NCBI RefSeq assembly: GCF_022045235.1
Contig: NW_027266330.1
Location: 25,172,001-25,236,000 of the forward strand
From: Haliotis cracherodii
Taxonomy: Eukaryota
Reading direction: 5' to 3'
DNA length: 64,000 nt
Positions 25,114-38,012 of the stretch are shown one piece after another. Within the stretch, counting starts at the first letter, position 1. Each line of letters opens with the position of its first letter. The position numbers and the translations under genes were made by a program. The notes under the pieces are model-generated. The model had not been told where the DNA came from. It was given only the letters and a program-made list of their open reading frames with translations, and ran no database searches.

Positions 25114-25823
25114 TTTATGTTTTCAGCATTGTCAGGCTAAACAAAGTAATTCATGACTAAATACATACCGGTAATACAAATATCAAAACGTGTTTCATTA
25201 AAACAAGAGTGAATTTCTGTGTGACATTGATATAAAGAGCTGTAGTACACTGTCATTAAATTGATGCATCTGTTGAGTTTACTGTTTACACAGAATATAC
25301 TGTTTGAGTTTTAGACATATCAGATGAATTGATGACATCAAGATTTTCTAAAGTAGCATGAAATCTTACACACTGTGATTAATTTTTCCTTAAATTTCTC
25401 TATTTCAGAAGAATGTTGTTTTCTAAATAAGCAATATTTTGAGAAATGTGAATATGCATTGTTTATATAAAAATTTATTGAAGTAGAAAAATTATTACAA
25501 TATTATTGAATTATTAATTTCAGGCCAGCGAGTCAACACAATGAAGTTCTAGCATCCGGTGACGGATGTCAGGAGGAGCATTCTGCTGACAGTAACACAA
25601 TGGTTACAATGTGCATCCTGTCAAAGGACGAGGAAGTGAAAAGCCATATTCTCGAGGAGAAGTGGATGACGTCATACCTATTGTTCACTACCGAGGCACT
25701 TATACAACAGGTGCAGTGTTTCTTTTATGTACAACAGTGTGGCACATTGTTTCACAGTAAACATATTTCAGATTTCTCCGTTTCTCATTCTAGGTAATGT
25801 AAACAACAAGGATTCCCGATGAA

Positions 25824-25912
25824 ATGTCCCTATGTGGATACTGTGGTGAAGATCTCCCACCGGGGACTAAAAGTGTACAGGGAGAAAAGACGTACCATGA
25901 GGAATGTATCAA
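25824..25912 (+). CDS. Putative first coding exon of the Schlafen-like gene: LIM-half-like zinc finger
   Basis: MSLCGYCGEDLPPGTKSVQGEKTYHEECI (C-x2-C-x17-H-x2-C). Acceptor tctcattctag before 25794 and donor GTGAGT at 25913. Its phase-2 end matches the acceptor at 57243. Confidence 0.55.
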
Positions 25913-27859
25913 GTGAGTTTGTCGGTTTTATTACAAGTCTCTGTTGTGTTTCGGACCCAGGATGCCTCCGTGGTCTTGTGGTAGAGCGTCTGCTCGGAGA
26001 GCGGAAGGTCCGGGGTTCTATCCCCGGCCGCGTCATACCAAAAGACGTTAAAAGATGGTACTTGTTGTTACCCTGTCTGGCGCTCGGCATTAAGGGAGGG
26101 GCTAAAACAAGGACTGGTCGGATCGGAGTCAGTATACTGTGTCTGAGTGGGGTATTCATGTTAAACTGCGGCATGGTATGTCAGTGTGCTAGCACTATAA
26201 ATCGGCATCAGTCCGGACTAGTACAAGCAGCCACAACACACACACACTGTGCATGCACGTCGCTATATGGGTCATGCTCTAAACATTTCCTGTCCAAATG
26301 AATTTTCTTGAAAACAACTCATAATTCTGTTTTCAGATTTCTTGACAATCAAGATATTTATCAGATGTAAGCAATATTCTGATCAAATTACTGCTATAAC
26401 CTTATGTTAGCCAGCAAAATACCTTAAATGTGCAGAAATGTGCAGAAACTTGTTGTCCACCAATAAAAAATCAAACTTTCTCAAATTATCTTAAGTCTCT
26501 GGGAACCAGGGGTCCGGAAAATTTAAAATCCCAATCGGACATTTGCATTTAGGCCACGCCCCCTTCAAATAGCGTATTTTAGTACGACTTTTCACACACA
26601 TTACAAGTTTACGTATTCATAATATGAAGAATTATGAATTGTTTCAATTTAAATTGTTAATTTCACCGGACAATTAATAACAAATAATATCCTTTTAGAT
26701 ATACATGTAAAACATACGTTTGTTTCTGTTATAATAACGATCTGTTAACGTAGTAAACGGTCTAATTAATATTCAGGAGTTATATTCATGAGTCTGCTCA
26801 AGTGTACGGGTTGTAACATTTGGATCAAGACTATTATCCCATATTTGGTTATCACGTGACCACACGTGAAAAGTTTTTTTTTAAACTAAAGATTTTTTTA
26901 AAACAAGACAGATAATTTAATCACAAATACTAAAATATCGTTGAGAGCAATAGTTATTTGAATACTTTTTTCATCTGTACTTAATTATTGACCTTAAAAA
27001 AAATTGATATCGATCGTCCGAGAAAGCAAAATGGCGGTCAATCAAGATTCAATATACGACTAGCTACTGAAAACAATAAAATCTGCAAATCTTCATTGTA
27101 TGTCAACCAAGTCACGACTTACAAAATGATCGTCTAGACTTTGAGGGTTTGGCAGATCCGCTCGACTGATCTGCATCGGTCGACTGGCTGTCGTCATGCT
27201 TTCGCTTCTTGTCTGAGGTTACGTATCGTAACATTGTGAGGATAATGAGGTACATCTGACTGATTTAATGATTTTACGTCCGCTTCGCATTTATTGCATT
27301 TCGTGGACGGGGTAGGTGGGGAAGTAATGATAAATAGGTTAAATAAAAGAATCACCATACCCCAAAAAATGAAACTAACCGGGGGGTAACCTATGCTATC
27401 CTAGAGAAGGTACTAGAGAGTATTATTACTGGGGGTGTTATTTTCATTAAGAGACGTGGGGCCGTAACTTTATCTTACCGGGTGAAGGTTGGGTTGGTAC
27501 AGCATATTGGGTGATTGTAAGTATGCAGTTAGGCTGCATTAATAAATATAGGGAGTGGTTGATTAAAGAAAGAAACAGGGGTTAAATGAAGGGACTGTAT
27601 AAGCCGGTAATCCCGGGGGTTTGGGAGAAGGGGGTGGGGGGGGTATGACTTGGTTAGGTGGCGAGCGGTGTGGGCTTGTGGTAGGCGCTGGCTGGCTAAA
27701 CAGGTGTCTTTGTTTAGTGTGTGGATAACTGGGTTTTGGGCGCGGACGTCGGAGAGGACGGCTCGCGTTGGAAATTTGGATCCCGATCCGAAAGTTACTG
27801 GAGATTGTTGACTGGAGCAAAGTAATTTTATTTAGTTTTGTTTGGGAGATTCTAAATTC

Positions 27860-28750
27860 TGTCTAGGAGGTCTGCTTTGATGATAAATTGTGTTATTGCA
27901 TTGAGGATGTGGATAGGGTTGGAAGGGTTGAGGAGTAGTGAGAGGTTTTGTTTATAGTTAGGGGGGACAGCTAGGTAGAGTTCAGAGTGAAGGGTGTTAT
28001 AGAAAGGACAGCTGTTAAAAATATGGTACAAGTCTTCAGGTTTTTTACGGTATATACAATTTCCGTCCGGGTGTCTTCCTTATTTGTGGAGATTGTGGTT
28101 GAGGTTTGTGTTGCCGCTAATAATTCTTGATATGAGATTGTCAAGGTGGTTGGAGTTGTTGAAGTTGCGACATTTTAGATTGGGTTGCGTAAAAATTGAT
28201 CGGAGCCATTGCGAATTCGTGTTTTCGATTATGTTATTGTAGTTTTGGAGTTTGATAGACCTTTTTATTTTATTCTTGATTTCTACTTTCGAGGTATGGA
28301 AGTAGATTTCCAGAGATGGCTGTTGGGTGGCTATTTTGGCTGCGATGTGAGCTGTGTTATTTCCTGGTATATTGGTGTGTCCTGGGGCCCAGAGTAGGCT
28401 GATTTGTTTGTTGTTGTTATTGAGTTGGTTTGTGAGAGTAATAATATTGTTGATAAGGTCTGGACGCGTTCTGGAGTGTTTGTTTTGTATTTGTTTGAGT
28501 GACGTTAGTGAGTCGGATATTATTAGGAATTTTTGTTGGTTAATTGTTTTGGTAGCGTGTATTGCTGTAAGGATTGCTAGTAGTTCCCCTGTGTTATTGA
28601 TTGTGAAATTTTTATAGTGAAAGTTAGTAGTGACCTGGGGTGTTTGGTCTATGTGTATTCCTAATCCTGTCTTGTCGTTTGATTGGGATGCGTCTGTGTA
28701 GATGTGAGTGTGTGTAGGCCAGTTATTATGGATGTGTGTAAGTGTTAGAT
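27860..28750 (-). pseudogene. LINE RNase H and C-terminal Cys/His region
   Basis: IYTDAS, GELLAI, IISDSLTSL, WAPGHTNIPGN, followed by HPDGNC...EDLYHIFNSCPFY. Confidence 0.88.
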
Positions 28751-29272
28751 TTTTTAACTTATCCTGCATTACTCCGTATTGCATTTACTGCTGTCTTTGA
28801 CAGAGTGACGAACTGTGTGAGATCCAGCTGCTGAAGAAAGTTGTCCCAACCAGCTCAGGAGGCAGCGCCCTCTCACAGTCGGCACGTGACCCGGAAGTCA
28901 TGACGTCACACAAAAACACATAACTGCTTTGTCACCTCCACGGACGGACGTACTGTGTATCCCTTGTGGAAATTAAAGCTTATTATTTGTTTTTTATATT
29001 TTGCGTGTTTCTACATTCATTATATGCTGCTACATTGTTACCTGTTATGGGCCGTGACCTTAGGGTCTTCCCATTCGTAAATTGTAACGTTTATCGCTCG
29101 TCTGTGGCTCACGTCACAGTAATTTACGGGCGCAATGTTGTTCCCGCCATTTTGTTTTCTTTCCCGCCATTTTGGCCATTCACCACGTGGCCACGTAATG
29201 TCGTGTTCTGCGTTTTGAATTCTCTCTTTGGCTTGGGTAATACATTACATTTATGTATGTTGTTTTGGTGTG

Positions 29273-29683
29273 CTTAAAGCCTTGCCTTTTCGCTACCTCT
29301 CAGCGTAATTGTTTCTTCTCATAAACTTCAATATAATACGAAGTTTTTGAGTTACATTATGTCTCCCGTACTCTGTGGTTTTGCCACATGGTTACGTGTT
29401 TGCACATGGTTATGTGTTTGCTTAAAGCTATGCTTTTTCGCTACCTTTTAGCGTCATTGTTTGATCTCATAAACTTCATTGAAATACAAAGTTTCTGAAT
29501 CACATTATGCTTCCCATACTTTGTGATTGGTCACATGGTTATGTGTTTGCTTAAAGCTATGCTTTTTCGCTACCTTTTAGCGTCATTGTTTGATCTCATA
29601 AACTTCATTGAAATACAAAGTTTCTGAATCACATTATGCTTCCCGCACTTTGTGGCTTTGCCACATAGTTATGTTTTGCTTAA
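29273..29683. repeat. ~129-bp tandem repeat x3 inside DIRS #2
   Basis: cttaaagctatgctttttcgctacc...ggttatgtgtttg starts at 29273, 29421 and 29550. Confidence 0.85.
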
Positions 29684-30089
29684 ATTCCAGATTTTCTGCC
29701 TCGCTGCACTTGTTGCCGCGGGAACAAATCTGGTCGGGGCCGCCCCTTTCTGCCGTGATTGTACGACGCCCTGTACTTTCACAAGGCAGTGCCGATGTTG
29801 CAGTCATTCGTCGCTGTGATCCTTCAGCTCATGCGAGTATCCAGGACACACCTCGCTCAACGTGCTCGTCGACCCCCACCTACGTTGACGGCAGCAGCGC
29901 TCAGCGGAGCTTCGCAGTGCTCCCAGCACCAACGGCGGCTCCCAACGTAGAGTCTGCCTCCCATGGCACGACATACGACCGTTCACGGTCTCCTACTCCA
30001 CCGGCGGCTCCAGCGCTCCCAACGTAGAGTCTGCCTCCCCTGGCACGACATACGACCGTTCACGGTCTCCAACACCACCACATCAACGC

Positions 30090-30890
30090 TGATGTCTCCG
30101 GCGCCCCCGGCGCCTCCGGCGCCTCTGATGTCCCGGCGCTCCCGGCGCTCCCGGCGCCTCCGATGTCTCGGCGCCTCGTGCGCTCCCGGCGCCTCCGGCG
30201 CTCCCGGCGCTCCCGGCGCCTCTGATGTCTCGGCGCCTCGTGCGCTCCCGGCGCCTCCGATGTCTCGGCGCTCCCGGCGCCTCTGATGTCTCGGCGCCTC
30301 GTGCGCTCCCGGCGCCTCCGGCGCTCCCGGCGCCTCCGGCGTTTTGATGTCTCGGCGCCTCCGATGTCTCGGCGCCTCCGGCGCCTCTGATGTCCCGGCG
30401 CTCCCGGCGCCTCCGGCGCCTCAGATGTCTCGGCGCCTCGTGCGCTCCCGGCGCTCCCGGCGCCTCTGATGTCTCGGCGCCTCGTGCGCTCCCGGCGCCT
30501 CCGGCGCCTCCGATGTCTCGGCGCCTCCGGCGCCTCTGATGTCCCGGCGCTCCCGGCGCTCCCGGCGCTCCCGGCGCTCCCGGCGCTCCCGGCGCCTCAG
30601 ATGTCTCGGCGCCTCGTGCGCTCCCGGCGCCTCTGATGTCTCGGCGCCTCGTGCGCTACCGGCGCCTCTGATGTCTCGGCGCCTCGTGAATTCCCGGCGC
30701 CTCTGATGTCTCCGCGCTCCGGCGCCTCCGCATCCTCTGATGTCTTCGGCGCTCCCGGCGCCTCTAAGGTCTTTGATCTCATGATCTTCGACGCCTCTAA
30801 TGTCTCTGGCGCCTCTGACTACTCCGGCGCCTCAAGAGTTACGGAAGAAGCGCCTATGATATATCCGGCGCCTAAGATGACCTCCGGCGC
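30090..30890. repeat. GC-rich minisatellite built from 9-bp units inside DIRS #2
   Basis: Shuffled cccggcgct / ccggcgcct / ctgatgtct / cgtgcgctc units. Confidence 0.92.
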
Positions 30891-33800
30891 CCAGATCAAC
30901 AAGCTTTATCAAGCTCAGATCAACGAGCCGACTATCCGATCTTCTACTGCGGCTTAAGGGGCACCATCGGCAATCGCCTCCCCGGCGCCTCTGCCCTCTT
31001 CTCTTGCTGCCCTCTTCTCTTGCTGCCGTCTCATAACTCGTCACACGGAGAAGCATGGTGAAACAACTGTCGCCGCTCCTGTCGCTACTCTCCCGTCGGT
31101 CTTCGGGATCGTGACTATCGTTCTACTTCCTGGGTGGAATCTTTTCAACCAATAGACAGTTGGTCTGATTCAACTTGCCCACTGAGACGTTATCCATAAT
31201 CCCGTCGTTTAAAGCGCTATGATTCCGGAGAGATGACCTGCGGGTTTCCATCGAAACAGAGCGTCATGTGAACAGCGTCTGTATCAGATTCGACGACGAC
31301 ATCCACTTACAAAGAGTTTACTTCGTCGACATCGCCGACACCAACGCTGTTCTACCCTACCCTAGCGCCAGCGCTCCTGAAAGAGACTCTTCCTCGGCGC
31401 TCACCGGGTTTTCCACGACGCCCATGGGGTTCCGTGTTTTATCGCAAAACTCGGGTACACCACTTGATCGCCTCTCACGCAGTTCATTGAGGATTGTCTG
31501 TGTGTGGAGTTTGCACCTCAGTTCCGACTCCAAGGCGGTTTTCTCGGCTACTGCGCAGTGTGATTTACATGTCACGTGTCAAGTACTCGGACTGTCAACA
31601 ACTCCGACCGGAATTAGGTCAACTTACCATGGCAAGGGGTGCCATGTATTTCTACAGATTGGTTTCCATGTCTAACTGTACGCTTGGTGCTACCACTCAA
31701 CCAGGCGCCTGTCGCAGTCCATCCATGTACGGATGTTGGAAACAATAGACCTCCTCTACCAACACGGCTGTCACGAGGAACCTTGTTTCATCAACCCTTC
31801 GCTGTAAGAACGATAGCGCCTATAGGCGTTCAAGGGATGGAAAAGATCGCCTTCCTTCGTCCGGTTTGATCTTTTCGACTACGACACCTTCCTATCTTCC
31901 GCCTTGACTACCGGACACAGTGTCGATTTGATACTTAAAGTCCCTCGGCCGTCCCACTGACCCCTGTTGCATACCTGCCTCGTATCGTGTTGTCGTCCTC
32001 CATCGTCACCTCGATATAAGAACAGGAGTACTTATACGCCGCTTCAGGGATGAAAACGATCTCATTACTTCGTGCAATGGCCATATTGCCTCGACTTCCT
32101 ACTACCCGGTTACGTCGATGCCCCGGCGGTCGATTGTGAAGCTGGTTTACTTCGTCTACTTGAGGTTGGCTCGCAGGCTATCACACCTTTTTCCGAATCG
32201 TACCGACGGTACGCAATCGCAGACCCCTGTTGCTGACTACCTCCCCTGCCACCTTGTCAGTGGCTAGTGGCCCACACCAGCCCACATTGTGACCACCTGT
32301 GATCCAGAGATCAACACCATTGGCACAGCAACAGCCTCGAGATAAAGGCTTATCCAGGACGTCGCTTGCTGACAGTGCTTTCTCGGTCACGCCCTGTTGA
32401 TCGTGTCCACTGACGACGTCACCGTAGTGTGGTGTTTGCGGACCCAGAGTACTCGCCCCTCTCCCGGCGCTACAAACTCGACCGGCGCCCCCGAGAATCA
32501 CCATCTTCGGCGTTCCAGGCGCCTCAAGCTCTCCGACGCCTCACGCTCTCCGGCGCCTCGGGCCAGAATATGTCAAACGGTCGACACCCCAACCCTAGAT
32601 CTGTTTGCCTCATATCTGAATGTGGCCAGCTGTCGTCTTCCATTCCACCTGTGCCGGATACGACCGCTGTGGCAGTCGAAGCCTTCCATCGTTCCTGAGA
32701 AGGATTACGCGTGTACGCTTTTCCGACTCCGGTTCTCCCTCCCATGGTTCTTCAGAGATCCAGGCCACTCGACCCCTGCCATTGACTTTGGTCTCGCCTT
32801 ATTGGTCAGCCAGAAGTTGGGTTATCGACCTCCGAAACATACCCAGAGACAACCCCTGGAACTTCCGGTGTGGTCCAACCTTCTGCTCCATCCACACGGT
32901 CTGTTGCCACACCCTCATACCCGCATGTTATCGTCTGCACGCCTGACACACCTGCAGAAAGCCAAGGGCTATTCGGCTATAGCGACCAAGGCTATTGCTT
33001 CAGCCCACCGTCCATCTACAGGGGGACTGTATGCTGATAAATGATGCTTGTTCCAGGCATTTTGTTCTGACAAACACCAGGATCCGATGACAGCGTCACC
33101 GCAGATCCTGGATCAGTTCCTTCTGTACTTGCGTAGCACCCGTCGGTTGAAGGGCTTACCACCCCCACACACCTGGTCGCCATCTACTCCGTTCTGGCCA
33201 TCTCGGACGATCGGAGAAAGACGAAAATTCCCGACCTACGGGCCTGGCTGCGCTCGTTCAGTCTTGAAGACCTGAAGGCCAAGTTCGGACCGCCTGCGTT
33301 GGATCTGAATGTGGTCTTCAACGCCCTTCGAACCACTCCCCTCGTCTTCCTTCTACGACCTTAAGTAGAAGACGGGTATTTCTACTGGTTTTGACTACTG
33401 CCGCTCGAGTCCATGTACAGCACGCCCTCGACGTCTCCCGTGCCCGGTTCGAATGCGGTACCCAGGGCGCCGTTCATCATGGACCGTACTGGGACGTCAG
33501 CGTAAAGACTCAACTCCCAGGACAGCCTGATAGATCATTCCTTGTCCCCTCCCCCCTCGTCCAGTGTGGGTGCCGAGGATGAGGATGAGCGTCATTATGC
33601 CCAGTAAGGGCACTGAAGGTTATTCTACGATCTAAAGACTGCCGCAAGTCTAGGAAACACCTTTTTCTGCCGGTCTCCCCTTCGTCGCAGTCGTTGGTCA
33701 GCCGGAATACTTTTCCCTGTGGCTCCGGACGGTCATCCTTAAAGCTTATGAGCCGCCGGATTGGACCCTCCCCCCAAAGGCTATCACCTGAAATAAAATG

Positions 33801-35378
33801 AGATCAGGGCGATCGTATTTACACTGGTTCTTCACGGTATACTGTTCCATCCAGTCGTTCAGGGAAGCCTGTTCGTGGCGATCGGACACCGCCTTCACCA
33901 ACCACTACTTCCGTGATGTAGCCTTGAAAGTTGTCGCCGGCGTTCACAGTTTTGGTCCCTGGTTGTAGCCCAACAGGTCATCTATCTCCGACGCCACTGA
34001 TTCTCCGATACCCTGAGCGGGGCCCGTCGACCTCTCTGGTGTTTATCACCCCAGACGAGACGGATCTCTTGCGTTCCGCATTCGCTCTTAGGTCAGTTTA
34101 GTTTTGGGTTACCCGACTCATTCTATTGCTGTCACCTATCCGGGTTTTACTTTTTGCATCAACTCTCGTTTCCTGACGACAGGAATGGTAGTAGATGTGG
34201 ACACCGGCGCCGACGCCAACGCTTCTCTGATACCTGAGCGGTGCCCGTCGACCTCACCGGTGTTCCTTGCCTCCAGCCTAGAGGGCTCTCCTGCGTTTCG
34301 CATTCGCTCTTGGGATTGGTCGTAAATTTTGCCGCCGACGCCGCTGATTCTTCGATTCCCCGAGCGGGGCCCGTCGAACTCTCTGGTGTTTATCGCCTCA
34401 GATTAGAGGGCTCTACTGCGTTTCGCTTTCGCTCTTCGGTAAGTTATATATTTTGGCAACACGCCTCATTGTATTTCGGTTACCTATTCGGGCGTTTCGT
34501 TTTTGCATCGACTCTTGTTTCCTGAAGACAGGAATGGTCGTAGATGTTCCGGTCATCACTGGTATGCGGTGCGGATTCATCGGACCTAGACGAGGGTTTA
34601 ATATGGTTCACATCTGCAGGTATGCCCACCGGCCATGCCGTCTGATAAAGATGCAATACGGAGTAATGCAGGATAAGTTAAAAAATTTAGTAAAATCTAA
34701 ATATTTTTTACATTTGTATACTTATCCTGCATTACGAAGTCTAAGTGCCCTCCCTTTCGCTACGCTACCTCCCCACGAAGTTTCAGATGTTATGTTTAAA
34801 GCAGTTATGTGTTTTTGTGTGACGTCATGACTTCCGGGTCACGTGCCGACTGTGAGAGGGCGCTGCCTCCTGAGCTGGTTGGGACAACTTTCTTCAGCAG
34901 CTGGATCTCACACAGTTCGTCACTCTGTCAAAGACAGCAGTAAATGCAATACGGAGTAATGCAGGATAAGTATACAAATGTAAAAAATATTTAGATTTTA
35001 CTAATTTTGCCTTATTTTCAGCTGGGATGCCGTTGCTTGGTGTGAACAGTTTGTGGAGGGTTGTATCTACTGGGGGGGAGGGGAGGTCGGCTATGTATTG
35101 TAGGGAGGGGGGTGTATGTATTATGTTGCTTAGATTGTGAGTGAGTATTAGCTTGTGCAGGTGGGTTATATATGGAGCTTGGTCAGGGGAATTTTGGAAT
35201 TTGTGTGCCGTCTGTTTGTTGATGTTGTTGTATTTTTGTTTTATTATTTTAAAAATTGGATTGTGTTGTGCCCCAGCCCAGTAGTTGAGAATAGTTTGTT
35301 GTATTCTGTGTTTGATGGAGAGTGTATTTGTGATTAGTAGTAAGGCGTGATGTGAGGTCCCAGTCCTGGTGCCGGTGG

Positions 35379-36286
35379 CTATTTTGAGGGCCTTGTATTG
35401 GATTGATTTTGTTTGTTATAGTTAGTAGTTGAGATGCTGCTTAGGACCGGAGCGGCATAGTCGATTTTGGATTGAATGAGTGTTTTGTAGATTTTGAGGA
35501 GGGTTTGTTTGTCGGACCCCCAATTATTACCTTTAATAGCTCTCATTAAATTTAAATCTTTTTCACAAGAGTTGACCATTTTCAGTATTTGGGGGCCCCA
35601 TGTAAGGTGTTGGTCAAATGTAACCCCTAAGAACTTGGCTTCTTTTTGATATGTAATTATTTTGTCATTAAGGTGAAGTTTGGGTGTGTAATTTTGCATA
35701 TACTGTTTTTTAAATAGCATGCCGGTGGTTTTATTGGTGTTAATTTGGAATCCCCATTTGGAAGCCCAATTTTGAATGTTGTTTAACACAGATTGCATTC
35801 TAGTTTTTAATAAATTGATGGAGGCCGAGGAGGTCCAAAAGGAAACGTCATCTGCGAATTGTGCAGTAGTGATTTTTTCAGTGTTTTTGGTGTCTGAAAA
35901 GATATCATTAATCATAAAATTAAATAGCGTTGGCGATAAGATGCTTCCTTGTGGGGTGCCGTTTTCAATGGGGTGAGTGTCGGAGAGGGTTTGATGGGAT
36001 TTAACTGTAATGTGTCTGTCTGATAGGAACGAGTGAATGAAGTTTAATATTCTCCCATTGATCTGATTGTTTTCAAGTTTTTTTAGAAGGCCGGTATGCC
36101 AGACCATGTTGAAAGCTTTGCTAAAATCTATAAATATGGCCAATGTGTATTGTTTCATTGATTGGGCTGTTCTGATGTCTTGTTCTAGGTGAAGGATGTG
36201 GTCTAGTGTTTGTCTGTTATTTGTGAAGCCGCACTGGTCTGGGCTTATAAGTCTGTTAGTAGAGTCTGTTATTAATAATGGATTGG
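35379..36286 (-). pseudogene. LINE reverse transcriptase fragment
   Basis: QCGF, FIDFSKAFNMVWH, GTPQGSILSPTLFN, QFADD, KFLGVTFD..LTW, WGSD..TLL.IY..LI.SKIDY. Confidence 0.93.
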
Positions 36287-37344
36287 GGTACATCGATGAT
36301 GCAAGGTATTTATGTACAGTTGTAAACACCTTTCACGCAAATTAACAAGATGTTCTTAGTAATTAATCCTCGATTAATCAGTGTCAACTCAGTTTATTGC
36401 CTATTACAGTGACTGACCGATTGGACTATCATGTAGGTACGATGTATTTACAGCAATCAAAACAAACAAAGCTTGTCAGTGTAGATAATCTTAATTGTGT
36501 TGCAACTGCAGACAGAAACTGCTCAGTCCTAACTGTTCATCATTTTGGTCAAAATTTAAAAATGTCCGGACAATACTTTTTAAAATGTCCGGTAAGCAAT
36601 ATTTTAAACCGGACATTTGAGATTCCCAATCGGACATGTCCGGTGCATATGACGGTTTCCGGACCCCTGCTGGGAACAAATACTTCCCAAAGCCCTGGTG
36701 ATTTATGTAGCATGACATCATGAAAGGCTGATAACAGCAGAAAAGCTATTGGTTTTCCACTTGGATTCATTATTTTCGGAAACAGTAATCTTGTCCAGAG
36801 TAATAGTGTCTTTCCTGTCACCAGATAGTACAAATACAAATAATAATTGCTCCTTTGGTAAGCCAGGAGGCTAAGGTCTTCGCAGGTCTCTTCCTTTCCA
36901 GTACTATCATGGCACCCTATGCTCAAGCAATTTGTATTGGTGCAGTGTCTTCAAAATAACTGGTAAATGTTGTCTTTTGATGTGTACTTTTTGTAGGTGT
37001 CTGTGCTGTCACCATGCATTTTGGGTTCCGAAATTGTTATTAAAAAAATCAAATATAATGAGTATACATTGTATTTGACTGTCAAAATGGAACTCAACCA
37101 ATGTGCTTTTTTCAGAGCAAGAGAGAAGTGATTGTCCTAAGCTGGCATTATGTCATAGTTTGTCTCCCCTGTCACTGTCTCTGCTGTCACCTTAAAAAAA
37201 GTGGCAGGACAGACATATTTAGGCGACAGCACAGACATATATTGTGTTCAATAAATGTTTCCACGTATATATATTAAAAGACAAAGAAAACATGAATGGT
37301 AATGTATTTTGTATGTTTGCTTGTTGCATGAAAATCTGAATATT

Positions 37345-38012
37345 ATTAACATTTGGGTCAATAAACACTGATTACACTGCACATTAGATCTTTGGTAACA
37401 GCACAGACTTTTAATAGTAACAGCACAGACACATTTCAGTGACAGCAAAGACATTTTAGGATTTTTTTTATCATGTTGACACAAATAATGAACAATTATT
37501 CATTTACTCGCATTACTGTTGTACATGATTAAGAAATGTAACATATTTAGCAAACTTAAATGAAAGTAATGTTACATGATCACTTCAAACACCGTGTCTA
37601 TGAGTGACTGTGACAGCACAGACACTTAACAGTAACAGCACAGACATTTAGTGTTTAATAGAGATTTTGAGAAAGTTTTGTTCAATGTTTCAGTGTCTTT
37701 AAAACTCTATCTCTTAGGCTTTTGTTAGTTACAGGAAAAATTGAATTTCCATTAACATTTGGGTCAATAAACACTGATTACACTGCACAGTAGAACTTTG
37801 GTAACAGCACAGACATTTAATAGTAACAGCACAGACACATTTCATTGATAGCAAAGATTTTTTTAGGATTTTTTACCAAGTTGACACAAATAATGAACAA
37901 TTATTCAATTTGCTCTCCCTACTGTTGTACATAATTAAGAAATGTAACATATTTAGCAACTTTAAATGAAAGTAATTTTACATGATCACTTCAAACACCC
38001 TGTCTATGCGTG
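37345..38012. repeat. ~260-bp direct duplication in the left arm of Sola2-like #2
   Basis: attaacatttgggtcaataaacactg...catgatcacttcaaacacc at 37345 and 37751. Confidence 0.85.

Larger units (their letters stand above)
28751..35007 (+). mobile_element. DIRS1-like retrotransposon #2, non-autonomous with decayed ORFs
   Basis: ~175-bp ITRs (28757-28930 versus 34798-34971) that look identical, a 3' extension to ~35007 and an ICR at ~34651-34735. Remnants include PTLDLFAS and PYW..RSW (MT-like) and YR-like EIRAI..WRSDTAFTNHYFRDV. Confidence 0.92.
27257..36286 (-). mobile_element. 5'-truncated I-group (Nimb/I-like) LINE with RT and RNase H, split by DIRS #2
   Basis: TSD ggtacatc at 27249-27256 and 36287-36294. 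3' tail gcggacgtaaaatcattaaatcagtca on the minus strand. RT and RNase H fragments are colinear. Confidence 0.9.
26507..36669. mobile_element. Non-autonomous hAT element hosting a LINE
   Basis: TIRs CAGGGGTCCGGAAA / TTTCCGGACCCCTG; 8-bp TSD ctgggaac at 26499-26506 and 36670-36677; subterminal ccggaca motifs. Confidence 0.92.

Noticed and set aside
25524-25710. Upstream exon-like segment bounded by AG/GT
   Set aside because: Cannot be joined in frame to the zinc-finger exon without a stop; may be 5' UTR or a decayed exon, so no product is called.
25964-26035. Functional tRNA gene
   Set aside because: It is the head of a SINE, with a degenerate B box and SINE body following.
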